Of a DNA stretch of 64,000 nt, positions 10,222-19,116 are shown one piece after another (the stretch's first letter is position 1; each line of letters opens with the position of its first letter). The translations under genes were made by a program, and so were the position numbers. The stretch spans positions 79,034 to 143,033 of the forward strand of contig JAGBBP010000014.1 in assembly GCA_017938405.1 (NCBI GenBank), in the 5' to 3' direction. The notes beneath the pieces were generated by a model. It saw nothing but the letters and a program-made list of their open reading frames with translations, was not told the origin of the DNA and made no database searches. The stretch comes from Lachnospiraceae bacterium. GTDB taxonomy: Bacteria > Bacillota > Clostridia > Lachnospirales > Lachnospiraceae.

Positions 10222-11289
10222 TTAGTTATTCACTCTGTGATGCGCGTTCGGGCTGGTCGGGTCTAACGGCAAGAAGGTATAACCGTTATCCAATGCCCAA
10301 ACAATAAAATCTTCCACTGCCGCAAGGCTGAAATCACGGTGTTCCGGATGCTGCAATACAATGGAACAGTTCCGTTTCTGTACTTCCCGTTTCATGATTT
10401 CCAAAATTTCTGCCGTATCTTTTGTGGAACTGTCTCCTGAATCCACATGCCAGTCAAAATACTGGTAGCCCATTTTCGTTACTTTTTCCGTTATTCTGGT
10501 CATAATTCCCGGACAAATCTTGCTGACTTTATTGGAACTTCCGCCCGGAAAACGCAGTAACGTGGTATACTCTCCCGTTTTCTCGTAAATGGCATTCATG
10601 ATCGTTTCCAAATCCTTAAAATATGCCTCATCACTGGCGTAAACCACATCATAATTATGGGTTCCGCAATGAGCCCCGAGGGTATGCCCTCCTGCTTTTA
10701 TCTCCGGATAAAGATACTCTACTCCGTTTGCACATACAAAAAAGGTCACCTTAACCTGGTATTTATCCAAAATCTTTAAAAGCTCTCTCGTATTGTCTCC
10801 CGGACCGTCATCAAAGGTCATATAAATCACCTTTCCTTCCGGAACCACCGTCTCCGGCTGTGCCACTTCCACCACCCGTTCCACAGTGGATACATTCCCG
10901 GCAGCATCGGAAACCGTATATGTAAGAGTATAGGTGTCACACCAGTTTACATTCACTTCCCCGGACACCTGTACCTGTGCGGCTACATCTCCGTCCCTGT
11001 CATCCACTGCCGTAAAGCCCGGATCCACAAATTCGGTTCTGGCAACCACCTTCATGGTCGCATCACCCAAAAGGGTCAATTCCGGTGCCGTCTCATCCGC
11101 CGGCAACGGGGTCGGTTCCGGCGTAGCCGTTGCTTCCGGTGCATCCGTCGGTGAAATCTCATCGGACGGATTCTCCATCTCAACCGGCGCCTTGGTAGCC
11201 CCCGCATCCTTTCCGTCTTCTGCCTTTCCGCAGGCACAGAATCCTAATAAACCAACTAAAATTAATGTACGTAAAACCTTCTTTTGCAT
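10222..11289 (-). CDS. Polysaccharide deacetylase (NodB/CE4) lipoprotein with N-terminal Ig-like domain
   Basis: Lipobox LLGFCAC, a low-complexity P/T/E linker, an Ig-like segment, then NodB motifs TFDDGP and LGAHCGTHNY. Confidence 0.85.
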   Translation of the reverse strand: MQKKVLRTLILVGLLGFCACGKAEDGKDAGATKAPVEMENPSDEISPTDAPEATATPEPTPLPADETAPELTLLGDATMKVVARTEFVDPGFTAVDDRDGDVAAQVQVSGEVNVNWCDTYTLTYTVSDAAGNVSTVERVVEVAQPETVVPEGKVIYMTFDDGPGDNTRELLKILDKYQVKVTFFVCANGVEYLYPEIKAGGHTLGAHCGTHNYDVVYASDEAYFKDLETIMNAIYEKTGEYTTLLRFPGGSSNKVSKICPGIMTRITEKVTKMGYQYFDWHVDSGDSSTKDTAEILEIMKREVQKRNCSIVLQHPEHRDFSLAAVEDFIVWALDNGYTFLPLDPTSPNAHHRVNN

Positions 11290-11343
11290 TTTCGTTCACC
11301 TCTGTTGTACAATTCTAACTCCCATCATAAATGCACAAAAAAC

Positions 11344-11352
11344 ATTATACCA
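11344..11352 (-). promoter_or_regulatory. Extended -10 element upstream of the deacetylase gene
   Basis: The minus strand reads TGGTATAAT (TG-n-TATAAT). The -35 is poor (GTCCCA). Confidence 0.45.
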
Positions 11353-11430
11353 TATCTTTTTCATTATGGGACTTGTTTTTTATTTTTCTTGTTTCTTTCT
11401 CAATGCCGATGCGTATCAGTCATCTTAATG

Positions 11431-12054
11431 CTACTTATCCTTAATTACCTTTGCCAATTCCTCAAAAGTGTTCACCTTCGTCCCCGCATACTCTTCTTTA
11501 TCCCGGTCAAACATAATCGGAACAATCCCCAGTTCCTGTGCTACAAGAAGATTTTGGGCGGTATTATCGATAAACAAGCACTCCTCAGGCTTCTTACCGA
11601 TTCGTTCTAGGGTAAGTTCGTAAATCTTCCGGTCCGGCTTGCGGCATTTTACATCACCGCTGACAATCTTATGTGAAAAATACTTGTCCAATCCGTGAAA
11701 CTTCGTAATATAGGCACTCCATTCGGACACATCGTTGGACAACAGAACAAACTCATACTGCTCCGCAAACTGCTCTGCAAAAGGAATGAACCCGGCATCC
11801 AAAGTCAAGTGGTTTTCGATATAATCCCGCATATGGATTTCCGTGTCGGCAAAGCCCAGCAACGACAAGAACTCGCCTGAAGAAAGCTCTCCATTTCCTG
11901 CTTTTCCGAACAGCTTTTCCACCCGGAATTGTCTGGTAATCCGCTCATATTCGGATTCGTCAAAATGATTGTATGTATACGGTATAAAGTTTCCTTTGCT
12001 TTCCTCCAGTATGACACCGTACATGTCGAAAATCAGTGTTGTAATCTTACTCAT
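11431..12054 (-). CDS. HAD-superfamily hydrolase
   Basis: 207 aa. N-terminal LIFDMYGVI (motif I-like), LLSND and a C-terminal FIDN-type motif. ATG 12052-12054 after AGGAGA. Confidence 0.8.
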   Translation of the reverse strand: MSKITTLIFDMYGVILEESKGNFIPYTYNHFDESEYERITRQFRVEKLFGKAGNGELSSGEFLSLLGFADTEIHMRDYIENHLTLDAGFIPFAEQFAEQYEFVLLSNDVSEWSAYITKFHGLDKYFSHKIVSGDVKCRKPDRKIYELTLERIGKKPEECLFIDNTAQNLLVAQELGIVPIMFDRDKEEYAGTKVNTFEELAKVIKDK

Positions 12055-12064
12055 TCTATGTCTC

Positions 12065-12499
12065 CTACAGTTTCTTTGTAAAACAAATCACCCGATTCGC
12101 TTCTTCAAATCCCATCTTCAGGTGAAACGCCAGACTCCCGGTATTCTCCAGTTCACAATCACTGGCAAACTCCGTGCACCCCATATCCTTTGCCCATGCC
12201 TCACACTGTTTTAACAGTTCCTTTGCATAACCCTTGTTTCGGTATGCTTCTTCCACGAAAATCCCTTCCAGATATCCCACCGGGCTGCTGTCGGTTCCCT
12301 CTACGTAGTCATGACGAAGTTGACACTGGGCAAAGCCGATAGCTATCTCACCGTCATACAGTAAAAATACCGCACTTTCCGGGCTGTCGATAATCTTAGT
12401 CAAATCTTCTGCTAAACCTTCGACTGTATTATCTTCCCACATTTGTATCGCCAGCTTTGCCACACACAACGCATCGTTTACGGTTGCCTTTCTTATCAT
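12065..12499 (-). CDS. GNAT acetyltransferase resembling aminoglycoside 6'-N-acetyltransferase type I
   Basis: 144 aa. The block IGFAQCQLRHDYVEGTDSSPVGYLEGIFV...YRNKGYAKELL...ASDCELENT..FH..GFEE closely parallels my memory of AAC(6')-Iy-type enzymes. Substrate is not proven. Confidence 0.7.
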   Translation of the reverse strand: MIRKATVNDALCVAKLAIQMWEDNTVEGLAEDLTKIIDSPESAVFLLYDGEIAIGFAQCQLRHDYVEGTDSSPVGYLEGIFVEEAYRNKGYAKELLKQCEAWAKDMGCTEFASDCELENTGSLAFHLKMGFEEANRVICFTKKL

Positions 12500-12500
12500 T

Positions 12501-13262
12501 TTACTCTTCCTCCAAAAATGCCATTACCGCATCTGCCGTAATCTCAATCTGCTCCTTGTTGGAAATCGTCGGAGTACCGTCACCATCCTGTGCTCCGTAC
12601 ATGCCGAAATGCGCATGGCAACCGCCTTCAATCACAATCTCCGTAAAATCTGCCGGAAGATTTTCCTTATCCTCCTCATAGTTTTCCTTATTCAACACCT
12701 TGTCTTCGCTCCCATACACCGAAAGCACGGAACGTCCCGTCTCCGACAAATCCGCCGTAGAATAGGAACCAAGCAAAATCAATCCCTCATAGTCCGTTGC
12801 GTTATCTGCAAGGTAGGACGCCGCCATGGAACCACCCAGAGAATGCCCGCCCAGATACCAGTTCGTAACCTCCGGGAATTGCTCTGGAATTCCTTCTGCC
12901 GCATCCATGTCAAACACCGCCAGATGAAACGGCATCTCCACAAGCACACAAAGCATCCCCTCCGATGCCAATGCCTTTAACAGCGGCTCATAGGCAATTG
13001 CTTCTACCTTACCGCCCGGGTAGAAAATAAAACCATTCCCGGGTAATTCTTCACCCTCCGGCCGATATACCGTAATTTTCTCGGAAAGCACCTTGATTTC
13101 CACCGGATTCTCCGTTTCAAACATCTCAATTGCCACCCGGTCTCCGCGATAATAGTCACCGAGGTAACTACCGCAACCAATTACAAGAATCAACAAAACC
13201 GCCGCAATAATCGACCAAACAATAATTCTTCTCTTTTTATTATTACTACCTTTCTTGCTCAT
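12501..13262 (-). CDS. Membrane-anchored alpha/beta hydrolase
   Basis: Start moved to ATG 13260-13262 (MSKKGSNNKKRR + TM helix). Nucleophile elbow GHSLGG. Its stop TAA lies 1 nt before the next ATG (12499). Confidence 0.8.
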   Translation of the reverse strand: MSKKGSNNKKRRIIVWSIIAAVLLILVIGCGSYLGDYYRGDRVAIEMFETENPVEIKVLSEKITVYRPEGEELPGNGFIFYPGGKVEAIAYEPLLKALASEGMLCVLVEMPFHLAVFDMDAAEGIPEQFPEVTNWYLGGHSLGGSMAASYLADNATDYEGLILLGSYSTADLSETGRSVLSVYGSEDKVLNKENYEEDKENLPADFTEIVIEGGCHAHFGMYGAQDGDGTPTISNKEQIEITADAVMAFLEEE

Positions 13263-13294
13263 GCCAACCTCACGCTCCTCTTCCCGAACAACAC

Positions 13295-13759
13295 TCACTT
13301 TCCTCCGGCACAAACCATCTTCACAATCTTTAAATCGCACTCATCCACATAACCGATATCCCGCTTCAAATCCCAAAGCATAATATCGCTCATTTCATCC
13401 TCATCGTTCTCTGCAAAAGGCTCCAACCGTTCTACAACACCCGTAAATACCGCCTGATAGCAAAGCGTTCCGTTTGGTTTTTGCATACGAGAGATGCCCC
13501 GAAAGGTGAGTTCTTTTGCCTTTTGGTGGGTTTCTTCAAACAATTCCCGCACTGCCGCCTCTCTGGCCGTTTCTCCCGGCTCAATACCGCCACCGCAGAA
13601 CTCCCACTGCTGTCTCCATTTATTATAGCCGATTATGTACTGCCCGTCCACCGTTACAATAGCAAACGCACCGGTCACATTATCGTAATTCTCGATTTCC
13701 TCTTCTTTAATATCCAAATGCTCCAGCAAAACCCAACCGGACTTATTCTTTGCAAGCAT
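13295..13759 (-). CDS. NUDIX hydrolase
   Basis: Nudix box GGGIEPGETAREAAVRELFEETH. ATG after AAGGAGGG. Confidence 0.9.
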   Translation of the reverse strand: MLAKNKSGWVLLEHLDIKEEEIENYDNVTGAFAIVTVDGQYIIGYNKWRQQWEFCGGGIEPGETAREAAVRELFEETHQKAKELTFRGISRMQKPNGTLCYQAVFTGVVERLEPFAENDEDEMSDIMLWDLKRDIGYVDECDLKIVKMVCAGGK

Positions 13760-13771
13760 AATAGTCCCTCC

Positions 13772-14248
13772 TTACGCCTCCGTTACCAGTTTTCCGCACA
13801 TATGCTCCGATACAAGACGCAGTAACAGTGTCCGATGCCCGGACTGGGCAATTTCCGTCTTAATATACTCCTCATCCTGGGTAAACTTATAACTGAGCTT
13901 TGTGGTAATATCCGCAATCAACTCCCTATCGTCCAGAATCTCCATCTTTCCGAACACAATCACACTTTTCACCCGGTACGCCCACTCGCCGTCCGGTCTG
14001 GCCCCCTGATTATACACACAAAAAGACACCTTATTCTCCTTCCGTAATGCATCCAGCCGATGTCCCACATTACCGCAGTGAAAGTAAATCGCGCCGTCCT
14101 CCTCGTTATACCAATGATTCATCGGCGTCCCGTAAGGATACCCCTCATCTCCGATGACAGACAGTACGCCTCTAGTCTCGGTTTTCAAAAGCTCCACGCA
14201 TTCCTCTGTGGAAAGCTGCTTGTTTTTTCTAAGTAATTCGCGAAACAT
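13772..14248 (-). CDS. Pyridoxamine 5'-phosphate oxidase-family protein, Nim (5-nitroimidazole reductase)-like
   Basis: 158 aa. MFRELLRKNKQLS..E....L....GVLSVIGDEGYPYG.P....Y..DGAIYFHC...GH.LDAL..N.KVSFCV follows the Nim-family N-terminal pattern as I remember it. Confidence 0.75.
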   Translation of the reverse strand: MFRELLRKNKQLSTEECVELLKTETRGVLSVIGDEGYPYGTPMNHWYNEEDGAIYFHCGNVGHRLDALRKENKVSFCVYNQGARPDGEWAYRVKSVIVFGKMEILDDRELIADITTKLSYKFTQDEEYIKTEIAQSGHRTLLLRLVSEHMCGKLVTEA

Positions 14249-14287
14249 AACTGCTCCTTTCTGCGATTTTCCTATATCAGCAAATCG

Positions 14288-15325
14288 TTAGTCTCCTATT
14301 CTTTTTGACATAAACACCATATCCGGGTCGGTCCCCATTCCCTGCTTGTGATAAAAATGCTCTGTGGCATCGCCTTTTGCGGTAATCAAAATAATGTTTT
14401 TCACACCGAGCAACCGCAAGCGCCTCTCCATCTCTGCAAAAAGTTTTGACCCGATTCCTTTTCCCCGCATCTCGTTTTTCACCCAATACTCTTTTACCTC
14501 AAACATAGGGCCGTCATAAAATTGTTCCGTTGCTCCTAAAACAGCCCCACAAATCTGTCCCTCATGATATACGCACAACCCAAACGAGACTTCAGTGTGA
14601 AGCATCATATATAACCGTTTCCGCGCCGTTTCAAAAGTCCATTCGTCATTCCATGGTGCCGCATTAAAGGTGTCCACATAGAGCCGGGCCAGCTCGTCCA
14701 GATGGGATTCTGTTATTTCTTCGTAACACAGTTCTTCTTTCATAAACTCCTCACAAATCTCCATTCTCTCCACATCCAGCACATGCACACTGCAATTTCC
14801 CACCGAAACAGATTTCTTCGTATTGCTCCATTCCAGATTCCTTACCAAGTGATACACCACATTGATTACTCCACCGTGCGTTACTACCAGCACATTTCCG
14901 TCTGCATCTTTACACTCCTTAAGAAACATTTCAAACCATTCTTTTATCCGTGAAAAGAACTGCATCGGGCTTTCACCGTTCGGATAACACTCATCCGGCT
15001 TTAACGTACTCCAGAACAGGCCGGGATATTTCTCTAATGCTTCCTCATTCGGCATTCCGGCCAGCTTTCCGTTATCCGCTTCCCGCAGTCTTTCCTCGCT
15101 CACCACTGTTAATCCCAGTTCCTTAGCAAGTAGTTCCGCCGTTTCCTTTGCACGAGGCAAATCACTGGATATTATCTTTGTAATACCGTATTCAACTCTT
15201 TTTTCACTGAAATATCTCGCAAGCTGTTTTGCCTGTTCCACGCCCTCCGGCACCAATCCAAGGCTACTCCAACCACCGCGAAAATTCTCATCATCTTTTC
15301 CGTGTCTGACAAAAAAAATCCTCAT
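14288..15325 (-). CDS. Fusion protein: histidine phosphatase (PGAM-like) domain + GNAT acetyltransferase domain
   Basis: Start set to ATG 15323-15325 (MRIFFVRHGKDD; the track start is TTG). N-terminal half has RHG and VVTHGGV motifs. C-terminal half has GNAT motif A (NEMRGKGIGSKLFAEME). Confidence 0.8.
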   Translation of the reverse strand: MRIFFVRHGKDDENFRGGWSSLGLVPEGVEQAKQLARYFSEKRVEYGITKIISSDLPRAKETAELLAKELGLTVVSEERLREADNGKLAGMPNEEALEKYPGLFWSTLKPDECYPNGESPMQFFSRIKEWFEMFLKECKDADGNVLVVTHGGVINVVYHLVRNLEWSNTKKSVSVGNCSVHVLDVERMEICEEFMKEELCYEEITESHLDELARLYVDTFNAAPWNDEWTFETARKRLYMMLHTEVSFGLCVYHEGQICGAVLGATEQFYDGPMFEVKEYWVKNEMRGKGIGSKLFAEMERRLRLLGVKNIILITAKGDATEHFYHKQGMGTDPDMVFMSKRIGD

Positions 15326-15326
15326 T

Positions 15327-15797
15327 TCAAACCTCAAATCTCATCGTATGGTACTTCGACACCACATCCTCAAATCCCACGGACTTGTACAAATGATACC
15401 CGTCTTCCGTGGCTTTCAGTTCCACCACACTTAAGTTCCTTTCCTTCGCCTCCGAAAGCAACGCATACATCAACTGTCTTGCATAACCTTTCTTCCGGTG
15501 TTCCGGATTCGTATACACATTCAGTACCGTTCCAGTTCTACCTGTAAGAAATGCCGGACTCATGGGCTTCTCTACTACCCACAAAAATGCACATGCAATA
15601 ATTCTGTCTGCGTCTCGGGCAACATACACGAACAAATCCCGATTCAGATGATTCTTAAAATACTGCGGAAGTGTTTCTTCCATACAATGTAAATCTTGCT
15701 CCGATATGTTTCCGAAATCTTCCTGTAAATACGCGATTCGTAGCTTTGTCAATTCCTCTATTTCGTATTCCGATGCTTTTTCAATGCATACACTCAT
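15327..15797 (-). CDS. GNAT N-acetyltransferase
   Basis: 156 aa. Motif A EHRKKGYARQLMYALL. Its ATG overlaps the upstream stop (ATGA, 15794-15797). Confidence 0.85.
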   Translation of the reverse strand: MSVCIEKASEYEIEELTKLRIAYLQEDFGNISEQDLHCMEETLPQYFKNHLNRDLFVYVARDADRIIACAFLWVVEKPMSPAFLTGRTGTVLNVYTNPEHRKKGYARQLMYALLSEAKERNLSVVELKATEDGYHLYKSVGFEDVVSKYHTMRFEV

Positions 15798-16417
15798 ACT
15801 TCTCCCCCTACCATTCCCTTCTGTGGTATCTCCGCCACCTTATCCTTCATCCCGGTACGAAGCTCATAGTTTCCCACATAGTATTCACCATCGTAATAAA
15901 ACACGTTGCACCGGGTTCCCTTTCGCACCGCATTCGGATGATATTTCATTTCTTTGGTTTGGATGGTTTTATACTTGGTATCCTCCAAAAATTCCACCTC
16001 AAGTACATAATTCAAACCGACTGTCGTTGCAGTTCCGCCGGCAACACACATTTTATAGCCCAGAATTTCTCCCTGATAACGTTTTCCCCTGTTCTCTGCC
16101 GTCTTTGCATTTTCACGCAACCGCTTACAGGAAGCAAAGTCACTCTTTGACGGATATACAAACATGATTCCGATTCCCGCAAAAATCAATGCAAGAATCA
16201 AATAGAATACACCGCCAAACTTAAATGCTCTCGAAAAATCCGCCACCGATTTTACCAACAAGAAAAATCCGATGACCGGAAATACAGCCGGAATCGCCAC
16301 CGTTCTCCATGGATAATATTCTTTTATGGTCCGATACTCTTTGATAACGCGTGGGCTTTCGTTTTTCTTATTTTGTTCCGCTACAAGTCTCATGAAATTC
16401 CCATCCGGCCTCTGCAT
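15794..16417 (-). CDS. Two-TM membrane protein with C-terminal beta-rich domain (DUF3592-like?)
   Basis: 207 aa, strong RBS AAGGAGGAG. Two hydrophobic helices, then a soluble domain. The family assignment is tentative. Confidence 0.55.
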   Translation of the reverse strand: MQRPDGNFMRLVAEQNKKNESPRVIKEYRTIKEYYPWRTVAIPAVFPVIGFFLLVKSVADFSRAFKFGGVFYLILALIFAGIGIMFVYPSKSDFASCKRLRENAKTAENRGKRYQGEILGYKMCVAGGTATTVGLNYVLEVEFLEDTKYKTIQTKEMKYHPNAVRKGTRCNVFYYDGEYYVGNYELRTGMKDKVAEIPQKGMVGGEV

Positions 16418-16436
16418 ATCGTCTCCTCCTTAGTGT

Positions 16437-17063
16437 TTAAATATCTTCTCTTAAAAAATCAACCCTCACAAACTTCTTCCCGTCCAGCAACTCCTGTTCC
16501 AACTGTTCTACCTTTCGATACCCAATCTCAGACATACAGTTTACCAACCTATCCTCCTCCATCTGATGATGCACCGTTTCCAGACAATCAAAGACATGCA
16601 GATACGGCGAATCCGACACAAAGGAGTCTCCGGTATTGATTTGTATGATACAAGAAACATAGCGTGGCTTTACCAAACCAACCACTTTTTGAAAACATTC
16701 ATACCCGATATACTCTACCAACAGGTTTGCTACAAGCAAATCCGTCTCCGGCAACTGCAAACCCTCCTCCAATAAATCGGCACAAATTGTTTCAAACACA
16801 TCTCCAAGTTCTTCGTAGCGCTTTTTACATGCCGAAAGAAAGCTTTGATTCACGTCGACTCCGTATACTTTCTTTATTCGTTCTTTATCGATATGCTCAA
16901 GTCCATTTCCACCCGCAATACCAAGAATCATGATACTTGTAGCATCATAGGCCGAAAATTGTTCCCCCATCATTTCATTCAATACTTGAAGCTGATATAC
17001 ATTTTCTAAACTCATATGATTTTCATAATCGTCTAACTTAATTTCTTGCCATGGATTACTCAT
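16437..17063 (-). CDS. Class I SAM-dependent methyltransferase
   Basis: 208 aa. Motif I IMILGIAGGNG and a downstream acidic loop VYGVDVN. Confidence 0.8.
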   Translation of the reverse strand: MSNPWQEIKLDDYENHMSLENVYQLQVLNEMMGEQFSAYDATSIMILGIAGGNGLEHIDKERIKKVYGVDVNQSFLSACKKRYEELGDVFETICADLLEEGLQLPETDLLVANLLVEYIGYECFQKVVGLVKPRYVSCIIQINTGDSFVSDSPYLHVFDCLETVHHQMEEDRLVNCMSEIGYRKVEQLEQELLDGKKFVRVDFLREDI

Positions 17064-17076
17064 ACTCCACTTTCTC

Positions 17077-17523
17077 CTATAACTTCTTCAAACACGAATG
17101 CTTCTCATCAATCGCAAACCCATTATTCCGGTAAAAATTCAACGTACTTTCCCTGTTGGAACCGGTTTCCAAAAACACCTTATAACAATTCATATTCTTA
17201 GCGATTTCCGATGCTTCCTGAAGTAATGCGGAACCATACCCTCTGTTTCTGTAATCTCCGTGGGTAACCACATTTTCAATTACCGCAAAAGGGCGCACAT
17301 TATGCGTCAAACTTTCGATGATTTCCATTTGTACGGAAGCGACCGCCCTCCCGTCTTCTTCCACAACCAACAAATGCATATGCTCATCCTTCTCAAATTT
17401 TTCAAGAAGTTCTCCCCAATGCACCATATCCTGCTCTTCCTTCGGCGGAAACTTGGTCAGATATTCAAAATATAACACCTTTAAGTCCTCTGCATCCGTA
17501 CTTCTCGCTTTTCTAATAATCAT
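17077..17523 (-). CDS. GNAT N-acetyltransferase
   Basis: Motif A DYRNRGYGSALLQEA. Start set to ATG 17521-17523, 5 nt after GGAGG. The track start at 17535 is the alternative. Confidence 0.85.
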   Translation of the reverse strand: MIIRKARSTDAEDLKVLYFEYLTKFPPKEEQDMVHWGELLEKFEKDEHMHLLVVEEDGRAVASVQMEIIESLTHNVRPFAVIENVVTHGDYRNRGYGSALLQEASEIAKNMNCYKVFLETGSNRESTLNFYRNNGFAIDEKHSCLKKL

Positions 17524-17554
17524 ATGTACCTCCATTTAGTCCCTATTTTCTCCT

Positions 17555-17758
17555 CTAACTCCGAAGGTCCGGAAGCGCTATCCCTGCCAGAATAAACAGA
17601 AGTGTTATCCCTGCACCGATAAATCCCTTATTATAAACTTTCTTCGTTTCGATTACCTCTTTTATTCCGTTTCCCAATGCGAAAACAAATGCGAATGGCC
17701 AAATAAACCAAGTATAATAATATACAAATCCTGCTATTTCCATTACTTCCAATAACAT
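17555..17758 (-). CDS. Small (67-aa) two-TM membrane protein
   Basis: RBS GGAGGAG and two hydrophobic helices. No recognisable family. Confidence 0.5.
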   Translation of the reverse strand: MLLEVMEIAGFVYYYTWFIWPFAFVFALGNGIKEVIETKKVYNKGFIGAGITLLFILAGIALPDLRS

Positions 17759-17770
17759 CGCAAACTCCTC

Positions 17771-18592
17771 CTACCCAATATGTTCCCTAACATATACAAC
17801 CTGCTTATTCACCATCTCCACATCCACAACTCCCTCACTGTTAAACGCCGTTGCTTCCAGAGTATAATCCCCCTCATAACCGATTTCACGAATAAAGGCA
17901 AAGAACCGCTCAAAATCCAGCTTTCCACTACCTATCCGCAGGGTTCTTAAATTTGCCCAATCCATATACCCGCCGTTATAATCGTTCACATGATAATGGC
18001 AGATATGCCCGTCCTTCCAAAGCCACTCGTACTCCTTTTCATACAACTGCTCCAATTCCTCATGGAACGCCGCCATCTTCGTATCAAACACAAAGCGGAT
18101 TTCCGGATAGGCCTCACGAAGCTCGCATAAGTGCTTCATGGGGTTCTCCACATTGCATACCACGTTTTCAATTCCAAGCACAAGGCCGTAGAAATCCGCA
18201 AGCTCCCGAAGACGCGGATATGCCGCCAGATTGCTCTGAAAGTTGGAATCGGACACCATCCCGCTCCACAGATGCAACACTAATTTCTCGGCACCGATGG
18301 ACTTCGCCAAATCACAGTTAACCTCAAACCGCCGGAATGCCTCGGAAAGTTCCTCCGGATTCCCTTTACTTATGTACTCACCGATGCTTTTCTCGCAATG
18401 AAACACCGGAATAAACAGCTTTAACTCCTGCAAAAACTCCCGAATTTCTTCCACCTTTTCATACCAGGAGGAATACATCATAAACTCAAATCCGTTACAG
18501 GTCAGTTGCTTGCTAAGCGGTTCCAACAATCTGAAATCTCTTCCGTTGGGAATTCCAATCAGCGCTCCCGTGGAGCATAAAATCTTTTTCAT
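17771..18592 (-). CDS. Sugar phosphate isomerase/epimerase (xylose-isomerase-like TIM barrel)
   Basis: 273 aa. The overall pattern (LVLHLW, IENV, HVNDY) is typical of AP-endonuclease-2/xylose-isomerase-like barrels. Confidence 0.7.
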   Translation of the reverse strand: MKKILCSTGALIGIPNGRDFRLLEPLSKQLTCNGFEFMMYSSWYEKVEEIREFLQELKLFIPVFHCEKSIGEYISKGNPEELSEAFRRFEVNCDLAKSIGAEKLVLHLWSGMVSDSNFQSNLAAYPRLRELADFYGLVLGIENVVCNVENPMKHLCELREAYPEIRFVFDTKMAAFHEELEQLYEKEYEWLWKDGHICHYHVNDYNGGYMDWANLRTLRIGSGKLDFERFFAFIREIGYEGDYTLEATAFNSEGVVDVEMVNKQVVYVREHIG

Positions 18593-18644
18593 ACTTTGTT
18601 CCCTTTCTCCATTCTTAACAGTCGTAATAACGCCCTACTTCCGC

Positions 18645-19103
18645 TTATTCCCCGTCAAACACCATCTTCAGTTCCAAGTCCTCACAATCGTATCCTACAA
18701 TTTTAATTCGGTTCTTCCCTTTCGTCATGGCAATCGGTATCGTTACAGTCTCCCCGGAACAGTTTTCCGGCGTGCATTCTACAAGTGTCGTCACATCATC
18801 GTCTGCATCAATATGTACCAATTTTGCCTGTCCCTCCGAAAGCGCCAAAGAAACCTCCAGCGACACTTCACAGGCTTCCTTATAGGACTTTGTCCAAAGG
18901 GTCTCCCTGCCGTTAAACTTAGAAACTGTCAAGGTATACTCTCCGTTCACGTGGTTAAACACAGACATCTCCTTGGAATAACGGTCTCCCGAATCAGCAA
19001 TCTTCTCCGCATTCTCGTATTCCGTCTCCGCGAACTCATTGTTACAGCCTACAAAACAAAGGCATAAAACCATCAAAAACACATACTTTATTCTTTTCAT
19101 CAT
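18645..19103 (-). CDS. Lipoprotein of unknown function
   Basis: Signal peptide with lipobox LCFVGC. Its RBS AGGAGA overlaps the stop of abiEii. Confidence 0.6.
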   Translation of the reverse strand: MMKRIKYVFLMVLCLCFVGCNNEFAETEYENAEKIADSGDRYSKEMSVFNHVNGEYTLTVSKFNGRETLWTKSYKEACEVSLEVSLALSEGQAKLVHIDADDDVTTLVECTPENCSGETVTIPIAMTKGKNRIKIVGYDCEDLELKMVFDGE

Positions 19104-19116
19104 AATTTAATCTCCT
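19102..19116. repeat. Left copy of an imperfect direct repeat bracketing the AbiE cassette
   Basis: ATAATTTAATCTCCT here versus ATAATTTCCATCTCCT at 20608-20623, that is ATAATTT-N2/3-TCTCCT. Confidence 0.4.

Noticed and set aside
15311-15318. T8 homopolymer (A8 on the plus strand) four codons into the phosphatase-GNAT fusion gene, considered as a phase-variation tract.
   Set aside because: Eight nucleotides is at the low end for slipped-strand switching, and it simply encodes Phe-Phe. There is no supporting evidence such as an alternative in-frame start or a known contingency-locus context.
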